58,477 nt of DNA from Candidatus Kaiserbacteria bacterium RIFCSPHIGHO2_01_FULL_55_37 (GTDB lineage: Bacteria; Patescibacteriota; Minisyncoccia; Phycocordibacterales; UBA2100), in the NCBI GenBank assembly GCA_001781175.1, contig MFKY01000048.1:1-58477 (forward strand). Direction: 5' to 3'. The notes beneath the pieces are model-generated. The model did no database searches. It was not told where the DNA came from and was given only the letters and a program-made list of their open reading frames with translations. How positions within the stretch are numbered: position 1 is the first letter of the stretch; each line of letters starts with the position of its first letter. Below, in pieces: positions 46,506 through 55,426 of this stretch. Both the position numbers and the translations under genes were made by a program.

Positions 46506-46775
46506 TTACGCTTTCGGACCCCCGCCTCCCATGATGTCTTTGGTCTGAATAGGACTCTGGATGCCGGGCTTCCACTCCGCATTGATAACGCCGAACTGCT
46601 TTTCATAATCTGCGGTCTGGTGCGCGAGGTACTGCGCGAGGCGCTTCATATGCTGGGGCGTGAGCGCGTAGGCGATGCCGTTCTCGCCCGTGAGCATGCT
46701 CATCACAAAGAACTCCTGAGAGAACGCGCACGCGATATTCTCGCAGAACTGTTTGGGGATTTTGTTCATGTCCAT
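46506..46775 (-). CDS. Hypothetical protein (DUF3467-like)
   Basis: EFF...., LTPQHMKRL...L......YEKQFG.I. Confidence 0.65.
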   Translation of the reverse strand: MDMNKIPKQFCENIACAFSQEFFVMSMLTGENGIAYALTPQHMKRLAQYLAHQTADYEKQFGVINAEWKPGIQSPIQTKDIMGGGGPKA

Positions 46776-46868
46776 TTCGCGATTGTAGACCTAAAAGCGG
46801 GAATCCGCTAGTGGAATAATTAACGCACCGCCCAACTGGGCGGTGCGGGGATTTCAACTATGCGGCGG

Positions 46869-47657
46869 CTATCTGTTCTGTCCGCTCGACGAGAGCGCGC
46901 TTATACCCGGGAAAACGACCCATGCCCAAATGAAGAGATATATGAAGGCCGGCGCGTACCATGTGTGCATGTACGCGATGACCATACCGATGAGCACCTG
47001 CGCGACGAACCCGAGCCCGAGCGAAATCGCGCGCATTCTGAGCGGCGCTTGGGACCCGAAACCTTTGTAAATAAGATATAGTCCGAAGAAGCCCGAGGTA
47101 ATGATGCTTGCGAACGTGTAGAAGTGCGAGAAGAGCGGGTCGGCCGAGATAAGTGGATATTCAGAGCCCGGGATGTAAGCGAGGTGGTCAGGGAATACCG
47201 CCGAGAACGCGAGCGCGGCTACCATGAGGATAACGGTGAAGATGGTCGCCTTGGTCTTCAGGCGGGGGGCAAAGAAGGTCGTCGCAATGCGCGCTGCGAT
47301 AACGACCGTGGTAGCGAGGAAAATATGAGCCGTCCAGTGCGTGACCGTGAGGGTCTGCAAGCTCGCCCCACCCATGATGAGTAGTACGTGCGGGAACAGG
47401 TCAACCACCCAAAACGCGCAGAGGGTCACGAAATACCACTGCAGCTGCTTCAATACCTCCCCCTGCTGACCCGCCGGCGCGCCCGGACTTTTCCTCGCCC
47501 GATAGAGGCGATATGCGATAAAGCCTGCGAGCGAGGAGCCGACGACGAAAATAAATCCGATACCCGGAACCGGCGGCATATTGCCGGTAAAAAAGAGCGC
47601 CTCCATCGCTCCGAGCATTGCGAGTGATACCGCAACGAATTTGAATGTAATGCTCAT
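46869..47657 (-). CDS. Polytopic membrane protein
   Basis: About 7 hydrophobic segments; TATACT upstream of the ATG. Confidence 0.7.
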   Translation of the reverse strand: MSITFKFVAVSLAMLGAMEALFFTGNMPPVPGIGFIFVVGSSLAGFIAYRLYRARKSPGAPAGQQGEVLKQLQWYFVTLCAFWVVDLFPHVLLIMGGASLQTLTVTHWTAHIFLATTVVIAARIATTFFAPRLKTKATIFTVILMVAALAFSAVFPDHLAYIPGSEYPLISADPLFSHFYTFASIITSGFFGLYLIYKGFGSQAPLRMRAISLGLGFVAQVLIGMVIAYMHTWYAPAFIYLFIWAWVVFPGISALSSSGQNR

Positions 47658-47780
47658 ATATTCAAAAAGTATACCGTGCGTGAATGCACACAAACGTGTT
47701 ATCCCCAATCCGGGGTGCGGAGTGGACGGGATACGCGAAGAGCCGCGCCATCGGCGCGGCTCTTTCAAAAAACCTTACAA

Positions 47781-48257
47781 TTAGTTCACCCTCGTGAAGG
47801 AGAGTATGTTGCCCCGGCCGCTCAAATGCACAAGCACGAGCTTGTCCGCGGTCGTATCTGCAGACACCGAGAAGTAGTACGTCTGGCCATCCAAGACAAG
47901 CTTCAGGAACGTCGCGCCGCCGACCGCCGGAAATTGGAACGGCTCAGCCGTGACGTCGACGACCTGCGACCACGTGCCGTTTGCGGTTGCCGATGCGTCC
48001 CCCTCGTACGTGTCGGTCACCGTGCCATCCGCACGGAACTCACGGGTAAACTTGGCGTCGTCGGTGCTCTTCCACTTCCCGACCGCGCGCCCCGCCTCGG
48101 GAGACATCTTCGCCTGTGCAGACTGAGGAGTCTGAGCGGTCTCGGTCCCGGTCTGGACCGCTTCCGGAGCAGCCGCCTTACTGTTGTTTATAAACCAGTA
48201 TGCCCCTCCGGCGAGCAAAAGCACGATGATACCTATCAGTACTCCTTTGCTATCCAT
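47781..48257 (-). CDS. Hypothetical membrane-anchored beta-rich protein
   Basis: N-terminal TM; GKWKSTDD..F...F..DG. Confidence 0.75.
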   Translation of the reverse strand: MDSKGVLIGIIVLLLAGGAYWFINNSKAAAPEAVQTGTETAQTPQSAQAKMSPEAGRAVGKWKSTDDAKFTREFRADGTVTDTYEGDASATANGTWSQVVDVTAEPFQFPAVGGATFLKLVLDGQTYYFSVSADTTADKLVLVHLSGRGNILSFTRVN

Positions 48258-48267
48258 ACAATATTGA

Positions 48268-48657
48268 TTATTTTTCTTCTAAGTTTAAACATACTGAGTT
48301 TATACAAAATCTTCTTCCTGTCGAGGTTGGACCATCGTCGAAGACGTGCCCCAAATGCGAGCCGCATCGCGCGCACGTAATCTCGATTCTCTCCATCCCC
48401 AATGTCCCATCGCGATGCTGCTCAATAGCGCCAGGAAGTGCCGCATCAAAAGATGGCCACCCGGTACCCGAATCAAATTTTGTATCGGAAGAAAAAAGCG
48501 GATTGCCGCACGCCTTGCATTCATACGTCCCATCAGCTTTTTCATGCACGTACTCGCCGGAAAAGGGCGCCTCGGTCTCCTTCTCGCGAAGAACCGCATA
48601 TTCTTCGGGTGTGAGCGTCTGCTTGAATCCTTCCTCACCGTCTGGTATCTGCTTCAT
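48268..48657 (-). CDS. msrB: Peptide-methionine (R)-S-oxide reductase
   Basis: TE.PFSG, KFDSGTGWPSF, HLGHVFDDGP, RFCINS. Confidence 0.97.
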   Translation of the reverse strand: MKQIPDGEEGFKQTLTPEEYAVLREKETEAPFSGEYVHEKADGTYECKACGNPLFSSDTKFDSGTGWPSFDAALPGAIEQHRDGTLGMERIEITCARCGSHLGHVFDDGPTSTGRRFCINSVCLNLEEK

Positions 48658-48677
48658 TCCCTCAGTATATCAAAAGG

Positions 48678-50462
48678 CTATTCCTTGCGTCGCGCGCGGG
48701 AACGGTCGATGTCCGTCAATTGCTGCTTGCGCAGGCGGACGGAGACAGGCGTAATTTCCAGGTATTCATCTTCCGCCATCACTTCGAGTCCGCGCTCGAT
48801 GGTGAGCTGGAACGGAGGAATGAGTGTAAGCGCTTCGTCGGTACCCGATGAGCGGACGTTGGTGAGATTTTTGTTCTTGGTCGGATTGACCGACATCTCC
48901 TCGCCCTTCGAGGTATTGCCGATGACCATCCCTTCATACACTTCGGTGGCGGCAGGAATGTAGAGAACCCCGCGGTCCTGCAAGTTCCAGAGCGAGTAAC
49001 CGAGTGCTTTGCCGGAAGCCATGGATATCATCGAACCCACCTGCCTCTTCTTTATCTCCCCTGCGAACGGCCGGAAACCGACGACACGCGAAGAAATGAT
49101 GCCCTCGCCTTTTGTATCCAGCACGAATTGGTTGCGGTACCCCAAGAGCCCGCGCGTCGGACCCTCGAAAATGAGGCGCACCTGATTTTCATGCACTTTC
49201 AGGTCTTTCATGACGAATTTGCGCGTACCGAGACGTTCGATGATGGCGCCCTGATATGTCGCGGGTGTGTCGACGACGACTTCTTCGTACGGTTCGAGTT
49301 TCTTTCCGTCCGCCTCGTGGAAAATCACCCGCGGCTGCGAGACCTGCATTTCGTATCCCTCGCGGCGCATGTTCTCGAGTAAAATAGCGATGTGAAGCTC
49401 GCCCCGGCCGGAGACGTGTGAGACGTCGCCGGAATCGAAGTCCACCTTGAGACCGACGTTGACCTCGAGCTCGCGCTCCAAGCGCTCCCGCAGTTGGCGC
49501 GACGTCACGTATTTGCCTTCGCGCCCGGCAAACGGAGAATTGTTGACGATAAAATTGAGCGTGATGGTCGGCTCATCGATGGCGATAGCCGGCAGCGGCT
49601 CAGCGTCAATGCTCGTAGTGATGGTCTCACCGATGAAGATATCCGGCAGACCCGCAATCATGACAATGTCACCGGAAGTGACTTCTTGCGCTTCAGCTTT
49701 CTTCAGTCCCTTGAACGTGAACATCTTCGTAATCTTCCCGCCCCGCATCTCGCCCGTCGGCTTTTTTACGAAGACAGGGTCTCCCATCTTGAGCACACCC
49801 TCGTACACGCGCGCAACTGCGAGTCGCCCGAGGAAATTGTCGTACCCGAGATTGAACGGCTGGAGTCGTGCGGGTACGTTCGCATCCGACGAGGAAGACG
49901 GCACGTGAGCAAGGATGGTGTCCAAAAGAGGCGTGAGGTCCGTGGAATCGTCATCGAGCTTCCGCTTGGCAATCCCCTGTTTGCCTATCGAGTAAACTAC
50001 CGGGAAGTCCGCTTGCGCATCGGAGGCACCGAGTTCGAGAAAAAGTTCTAGCACCTGTTCTTCCGTACGTGCCGGGTCGGCCGCCGGTTTGTCAATTTTA
50101 TTAATGACGACGATGGGCTTGATGCCGAGCTCCAGCGATTTCTTGAGGACGAATCGCGTCTGCGGCATCGGACCTTCCTGCGCGTCTACGACAAGCAAGA
50201 CCGAGTCGATGCTCCGCAGTACGCGCTCCACCTCGCTGCCGAAATCGGCGTGACCGGGAGTATCAACGATATTTATCTTCGTGTCATTGTAGTAAACAGC
50301 GGCGTTTTTTGAATAAATGGTGATGCCACGCTCGAGCTCGAGCGCGTTTGAATCCATCGAGACGCCCTCCTCGGCGACGCCCATTTGCCGCAAAAGTGCG
50401 TCGGTCAACGTTGTTTTCCCATGATCCACGTGGGCAATAATTGCAATGTTTCTAATTTCCAT
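48678..50462 (-). CDS. typA: Translational GTPase TypA/BipA
   Basis: [38 protein letters not shown]. Confidence 0.97.
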   Translation of the reverse strand: MEIRNIAIIAHVDHGKTTLTDALLRQMGVAEEGVSMDSNALELERGITIYSKNAAVYYNDTKINIVDTPGHADFGSEVERVLRSIDSVLLVVDAQEGPMPQTRFVLKKSLELGIKPIVVINKIDKPAADPARTEEQVLELFLELGASDAQADFPVVYSIGKQGIAKRKLDDDSTDLTPLLDTILAHVPSSSSDANVPARLQPFNLGYDNFLGRLAVARVYEGVLKMGDPVFVKKPTGEMRGGKITKMFTFKGLKKAEAQEVTSGDIVMIAGLPDIFIGETITTSIDAEPLPAIAIDEPTITLNFIVNNSPFAGREGKYVTSRQLRERLERELEVNVGLKVDFDSGDVSHVSGRGELHIAILLENMRREGYEMQVSQPRVIFHEADGKKLEPYEEVVVDTPATYQGAIIERLGTRKFVMKDLKVHENQVRLIFEGPTRGLLGYRNQFVLDTKGEGIISSRVVGFRPFAGEIKKRQVGSMISMASGKALGYSLWNLQDRGVLYIPAATEVYEGMVIGNTSKGEEMSVNPTKNKNLTNVRSSGTDEALTLIPPFQLTIERGLEVMAEDEYLEITPVSVRLRKQQLTDIDRSRARRKE

Positions 50463-50493
50463 AGGTATGAGAGCCTTGTGCTTCGAAGCTGCC

Positions 50494-50519
50494 CCCGCTT
50501 CGCCAAGGCTACGCAGGGT
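50494..50519. repeat. REP-like hairpin upstream of typA
   Basis: CCCGCTTCGCCAAGGCTACGCAGGG; resembles the arm at 32515-32525. Confidence 0.45.
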
Positions 50520-50636
50520 ACTTCTCGAAGTCTTGCCGCGCCTCGCAGCACAGCAATACTGGCGGAGAAGTAAAAATGCCCCGAAGCCGAGGCACCGTGG
50601 CTCCATTGTGCCTTAGTTTGCGCTTTCCGTCAACAT

Positions 50637-51059
50637 TTAGTTGACTGTTACAGTGCCTGCGTTATTGCCGTCGGAGTAGTCGAAGCTACCTGACGTGGCG
50701 AATGTGTATTCGAAGTATTCTCCTCGGTCGAGTATGGGAGGCTCCGTACCGGCGAGCGTAAGCTGTAACGGCGCGCTTGTGTTGTTGGTGAAGCGGACCG
50801 TCTCGCCTTTCTTCACACTGAGTGCGTTGGGCGCGAAGCCGCTAGCTGTATACGAGACGAGGTACTGAAAGCCTTTTTGTGCGGACACGTAGTCCTCAGG
50901 TTTCGGCGGCGGGACATACAACTCGGCGGGCTGTTGTTCTACAACGGGTGCCGGTTGTTGGAAGAGTTTGCGGTTGAAGACAAGCCCGGATACCACAAGA
51001 GCGGCGACGAGCAGACCGAGCCAGAGCAGGTAGCGGTGCGTGGAGTGCGTCTCAGGCAT
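50637..51059 (-). CDS. Membrane-anchored cupredoxin-like fold protein
   Basis: GF.P..LSVKKGETVRFTN, YTF...G.F.Y; no obvious Cu ligands. Confidence 0.7.
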   Translation of the reverse strand: MPETHSTHRYLLWLGLLVAALVVSGLVFNRKLFQQPAPVVEQQPAELYVPPPKPEDYVSAQKGFQYLVSYTASGFAPNALSVKKGETVRFTNNTSAPLQLTLAGTEPPILDRGEYFEYTFATSGSFDYSDGNNAGTVTVN

Positions 51060-51132
51060 TAAGTAAAGTATACGGCAGTAGAAGAGCCGCCGCCCATCAA
51101 GGGGCGGCGGCGTGTGGACATGTAGCTCAACC

Positions 51133-51855
51133 CTACAGCTGCGGGTCAATGGCCTGCGTAAAGCTCGAGATTTCTGCGGCACCGGGTATCAAGGTCTTCC
51201 CCGTGATGAAGCCCGGAGTTCCGTTGATTCCAAAAGCGCTTCCCTCCGCGCGGTCGGCATCTATTCTCTTTTGGTATTCCGCCTTATTTGCCGCGACGTC
51301 CGCTTTCACCTTGGCCGCGTCCATGCCGGGAATTTTCTTGATGAGCGCGATGATGCTCGCTTCGTCGCCGAAACCGCCGTTCTCTTCATCTTGCGTACGG
51401 AACATCAACTCGTGCCATTCATAAAACTTGCCGGGATACAGTTTCCATACGGCGTTTTTGTACAAGGCGGCGGTCGTCGAGTCCGGTCCGAGAAACGCGT
51501 AATCTTTGAATACAATCTTGAGCTTGCCCGTGTCCACGTAGTCCTTTATGAGGATCGGCAGAGCGGGCTCGATCGGTATTTGCGGTATGCCCCCGACGTC
51601 AACGGCTTTGCAGTACGGGCACTGATAGTCAAACCAGTATGCGAGCACGACTTTTGCGTCCGCCTTGCCGATGAACGGGGCACCTTCGGTCTTCACATCC
51701 TTGATATCCACATTTGCCGCCGGCTGCGTATCGCCTTGCCCGACAGAGCCGCCGCTTTTGGAGAGGCCGAAATAAAGGCCGCCGCCAACGAGCAGACCCG
51801 CAATAATAATGGAGGCCGGGAGGAAAAGCTGCGAGCGGTCGGTGGTCGGTGTCAT
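51133..51855 (-). CDS. DsbA/thioredoxin-fold oxidoreductase
   Basis: DYQCPYC, GINGTPGF, N-terminal TM. Confidence 0.92.
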   Translation of the reverse strand: MTPTTDRSQLFLPASIIIAGLLVGGGLYFGLSKSGGSVGQGDTQPAANVDIKDVKTEGAPFIGKADAKVVLAYWFDYQCPYCKAVDVGGIPQIPIEPALPILIKDYVDTGKLKIVFKDYAFLGPDSTTAALYKNAVWKLYPGKFYEWHELMFRTQDEENGGFGDEASIIALIKKIPGMDAAKVKADVAANKAEYQKRIDADRAEGSAFGINGTPGFITGKTLIPGAAEISSFTQAIDPQL

Positions 51856-52046
51856 AGTCTGCCCATTCTACACTATGTTTCCCGCGTTCGGGTGTTGATA
51901 ACCGACCCTAATTTTCGAGCGTTCTCGCGGCATAACGACATACGATGTCGATAAGGATTGGAAATCGTAGCACAAAAAAATCGACCTCCGCGATACGCCG
52001 CGGAAGTCGGAAGCCTCGATTATGGGCCGATGTGGTGGAACAGATT

Positions 52047-52574
52047 TCAGGGACCGGGGTCTCGGACTCTTTCGAGAACGAGGAAAAATAGACAAGGGTC
52101 GTCAAACCTCTCGGGCGCCCCCACCAGCAGGTCGTTGAGACACCGCCCCTCGCCGTGGCGGTTGAGGTACATCGCGCGGCGGTTGACGTAACCGTGCACC
52201 ACGGACACCTGCCCTGCCGCTACGAGCGGCATGACATCATCGAGCTTTGGCCGCGGATTATGGATGGCCGAGTCGATGAGTGGTTTCGATGTTCCGAGGA
52301 TTTTGCCTTCGGCCTCGACTAAGGCCTTCAGCAAGGTCCTTGGTATTTGTACGCCGAAATACCACGCGCTCGCGGCGTAGACGATTTTTCTGGTTTGCTC
52401 ATCCGGAAAATACTCGTCCGTGAGCCACGGCGTACTCCACGTGATGCCCTTCGGGCCCGTGTTCCTTGCGAGCTTCGCCGCAATTTTCTCGCCGTGGTCA
52501 ACCATGAGTTCCCCCAGGTCGACGATTTTTGCCGGCTTTACAATGCCCGGCTTTGTCTGCAGTAATGCCATCAT
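52047..52574 (-). CDS. Hypothetical protein
   Basis: 175-aa ORF with an AAAGGA SD-like site, a structured leader and a downstream hairpin. Confidence 0.65.
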   Translation of the reverse strand: MMALLQTKPGIVKPAKIVDLGELMVDHGEKIAAKLARNTGPKGITWSTPWLTDEYFPDEQTRKIVYAASAWYFGVQIPRTLLKALVEAEGKILGTSKPLIDSAIHNPRPKLDDVMPLVAAGQVSVVHGYVNRRAMYLNRHGEGRCLNDLLVGAPERFDDPCLFFLVLERVRDPGP

Positions 52575-52616
52575 GGCATCCTTTCTGCCGTGGCCATTCC
52601 TAGGCCATTCCTAGGA

Positions 52617-52737
52617 TTTGCCACAGCGGAAAATGGCCCATGATATCAAGGCGACGCCTTGATATTTTCTACGGGAAGCCGCTTTCCGCTGTGGCAAAAC
52701 TACCTTCTCTCAAAGAACAACGGTCGAGATTATACCA
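52617..52737 (-). promoter_or_regulatory. Extended -10 promoter, boxA-like motif and nested hairpin leader
   Basis: TGGTATAAT (52729-52737), TTGTTCTTTGA (52710-52720), 16-bp IR 52617-52632/52683-52698, inner 11-bp IR. Confidence 0.6.
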
Positions 52738-52805
52738 CCATATATAGAGAAAACGATGGTGAGTCTGGACACTTAACAGAGCCAGAATATTGGGTTTGAC
52801 CCCAT

Positions 52806-54011
52806 TCACTCCCACTTCTTCACCCCTTGGAGTACACCCCAGATAGCGGGGTCCTGTCCGCCGTCGAGTTTGAAGATGGAAATGCCGCGCACACCGAGCT
52901 TTTTAGCCAGGTCTATTTTCTGCTGCAGCGATTGCGCGTCCGGCCAGTCGACGAGACGGAAGTCAAGATGCGAATTATACGTATCGGCGTATGCCGTTGC
53001 GGCAAGCATTGCGAGCGCCGCCGACGTCGGGCCGAGCGAAACCGGCGTCGTACTCGTCGGAGCGTCGGCAGTATAGGTGAAGTACATTTCCCCCGCGCTG
53101 TTACGCTGCGGTGTAATGCCGTATTGCGCTGCGGTCGTTGAGGCGTATCCCGGGTTGAACGGCCACAGTAGCTTATAGATGTATTCTTTGCCCGCGTACG
53201 CGGTAACGGAATATTCGTAACCGTACGTTGGCACGCCTATCAGTATTTTGTTCTTGGAAATATCCTTCATCGCGAGCCGGATTGTCTTCTCCACCCACGC
53301 GGGATCGGCGACCGGCGCATAGAGCTGCGAAGAAGACGCCGCCGTGGCGGCAAGCTTCTGATCAATACCCTGCTGGTCGTACGCCATGATGCGCACCCTG
53401 TCGCAGTATTTATTTATCTGTTTCAGGTCATTCGCGTACAGACCGGCATCTTTCGGCGGCTTCGTGCCGTAGTATCTGTCGGCAAGCGGCGTGCGGGATT
53501 CGATGGTACACATGAGCATGGAACTTTTCGGCAAGCGCAGTACAAGTCCGCGGAGGAACGTCGAGAAGTAGTCTTTGTCCTTCGCGTACTTGCCCTCGAA
53601 ATCGATATCAATGCCGTCAAAGTTATTATCTTTCACGAGCTTCACGATGCGGTCTTCGAGCGCGATGCGGGCCTTTGTGTTGCTTAGTATCGCGTGGAGT
53701 GCCCCGCCGCTGCCGGACATGACGGTCGGAATAACGCGGACTTTTTTCTGTTTCGCCGCGGCGATGAACGAGAGCCACGGCTCGGCATCCAAGCCGCCGT
53801 TGTCGCGCAGGGTGCCGTCGGCCCGGATGGTATAGACGAACGGGTTTACTTCAGTAATCACATCAAGGTGCGGCAAGGTGTCGACGATACCGGTCGCGCT
53901 GCGCCAGTACGGAATCCATCCGGTAACCTCAAATTTCGTCGCTGTGGCGGCAGAGGCTGAGAGCGGAAGGACGAAAAAAAGCGCACAAAAAATAACCAAG
54001 GGATACCTCAT
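52806..54011 (-). CDS. Secreted glycoside hydrolase family 18
   Basis: Signal peptide; FDGIDIDFE (DxxDxDxE), MAYD, KILIGVPTYG. Confidence 0.9.
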   Translation of the reverse strand: MRYPLVIFCALFFVLPLSASAATATKFEVTGWIPYWRSATGIVDTLPHLDVITEVNPFVYTIRADGTLRDNGGLDAEPWLSFIAAAKQKKVRVIPTVMSGSGGALHAILSNTKARIALEDRIVKLVKDNNFDGIDIDFEGKYAKDKDYFSTFLRGLVLRLPKSSMLMCTIESRTPLADRYYGTKPPKDAGLYANDLKQINKYCDRVRIMAYDQQGIDQKLAATAASSSQLYAPVADPAWVEKTIRLAMKDISKNKILIGVPTYGYEYSVTAYAGKEYIYKLLWPFNPGYASTTAAQYGITPQRNSAGEMYFTYTADAPTSTTPVSLGPTSAALAMLAATAYADTYNSHLDFRLVDWPDAQSLQQKIDLAKKLGVRGISIFKLDGGQDPAIWGVLQGVKKWE

Positions 54012-54012
54012 A

Positions 54013-54146
54013 CCCGGCTAGTACAATTTGGCATAGTTTCTGCCGCAGTTAATCCTATCAAAGTAAGATGTTCCAAAAGCATAATCTTATATTCGATTTC
54101 CTCAATCAAGACAACAACAAAGGCAATGCCAAATTGTCCTGCCGGG
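54013..54146. mobile_element. 134-bp AT-rich inverted-repeat-bounded element
   Basis: CCCGGC..ACAATTTGGCAT ... ATGCCAAATTGT..GCCGGG. Confidence 0.55.
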
Positions 54147-54201
54147 CATGTTCATCATGACGTATCAGTATAGCAATTCTTGCACAAAAAGATGCGCTCT
54201 A

Positions 54202-54567
54202 TTACTTGACCACGATAGTCGCAGAGAAATCTTTGTCAGTAAGCATGCATGTGCCCGGCGTCTTTGCTTCGAACGAGGCGACGTATGCCGGCGGCTCCGA
54301 ATCCGTGTATTGCCGGAGTTCTATTACCCCCTCCGGCGCGCAGCGCAGGCCGGTTTTTGGGTTATTGTTCTCGTCTAAAAAAATGCCGAAGCGGGCACCG
54401 ACGTTATACGCAAACGTCTTTCCCGAATCACTTTCGTGGAGCGAAAGCGGACATGCGCCGAGCACGCACGGTGTTTCGGCCGGCGAAAGGCTGTTGAGGC
54501 GATACGCTCCGAAGAGAAGGCCCGTGAGCAACACGCCCGGCACAAGGATGAGCAGCGATGTCCGCAT
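54202..54567 (-). CDS. Small exported protein (chagasin-like beta fold possible)
   Basis: TM, then DSGKT....VG.RF.I.L and F.A..PG. Confidence 0.55.
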   Translation of the reverse strand: MRTSLLILVPGVLLTGLLFGAYRLNSLSPAETPCVLGACPLSLHESDSGKTFAYNVGARFGIFLDENNNPKTGLRCAPEGVIELRQYTDSEPPAYVASFEAKTPGTCMLTDKDFSATIVVK

Positions 54568-54582
54568 CCGTCCATTTTATCA

Positions 54583-54732
54583 CCCCGTCAGTGAAGTTTG
54601 CCTTAGGCGGACCGAGTTTCTCGTCTGTGCAAAGACAAAACTCTGGTACAGTTTCGGACGACAGCTTTCTTGTCTCGCCGCGGCAGGACGGCATGCCGCC
54701 TGCCGCAAAGGCAAACTCTACTGCGGGGCAGG
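54583..54732. mobile_element. MITE-like CCCCG...CGGGG-CAGG element (long form)
   Basis: CCCCGTCAGTGAAGTTTGCCTT ... AAGGCAAACTCTACTGCGGGGCAGG; ends resemble 38279-38312. Confidence 0.7.
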
Positions 54733-55386
54733 TCAATACCACGTCTCTTCACCGTTGCCCGATAGAGGAATAGTGGGGCCGAGATATTTCGGTTGACGAC
54801 CCGTGACGACGTCGAAAATCGCTTTGAACGACGCGGGTATCTCGCGCACATAATTATACGGAGAATGTTCTCTGCCCGGTGCGACAACGCCATACGCTTC
54901 GAGTCCGAGATCTCGCGCTATCCATAAGGCGCGGGGCAAATGAAAATCTTGTGTGACGATGGTGAGCGAACGCACCAGGAAAACATCGCGCGCGCGGTAC
55001 ATGCTGCTGTACGTGTCGAAGCCTGCGTGGTCGAGAAATATGTCCCGTGACGGGATTCCCGCACCCAGGAGATACTTGCGCACGGGGGTCACCTCGTCGT
55101 AGGAAAGCGCACCGTTATCCCCCGTCACAAGGATTTTAGAGACCCTATTCGCTTTGTAGAGTGCAATCGCTACATCAGCCCGCTCCGCAAGTATCGGCGA
55201 AGGACTGCCGCGGTACACCGACGCGCCCAGGACGAGCGCAACATCGGTGCGCGGCACCTCTTCGACGGATGAAGCGACAAAAGGTTCGACGTTAAAACGT
55301 ATCGCGATAGGCACTATCATCACGAGCGCAAGCAGCGCGAGTGTTGCTACGGCTCCGATTCCATAGAAACGGCGTAGGGAACGCAT
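54733..55386 (-). CDS. SanA/YdcF (DUF218) family protein
   Basis: VLGA, L..R...A..LY, GDN....YDE, DHAGFDTYSS, TQDFHLPRA, RE. Confidence 0.9.
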   Translation of the reverse strand: MRSLRRFYGIGAVATLALLALVMIVPIAIRFNVEPFVASSVEEVPRTDVALVLGASVYRGSPSPILAERADVAIALYKANRVSKILVTGDNGALSYDEVTPVRKYLLGAGIPSRDIFLDHAGFDTYSSMYRARDVFLVRSLTIVTQDFHLPRALWIARDLGLEAYGVVAPGREHSPYNYVREIPASFKAIFDVVTGRQPKYLGPTIPLSGNGEETWY

Positions 55387-55426
55387 AGGGGCATAGTATG
55401 CCCGCTTTCAGCTGTGTTGGCGAGTA

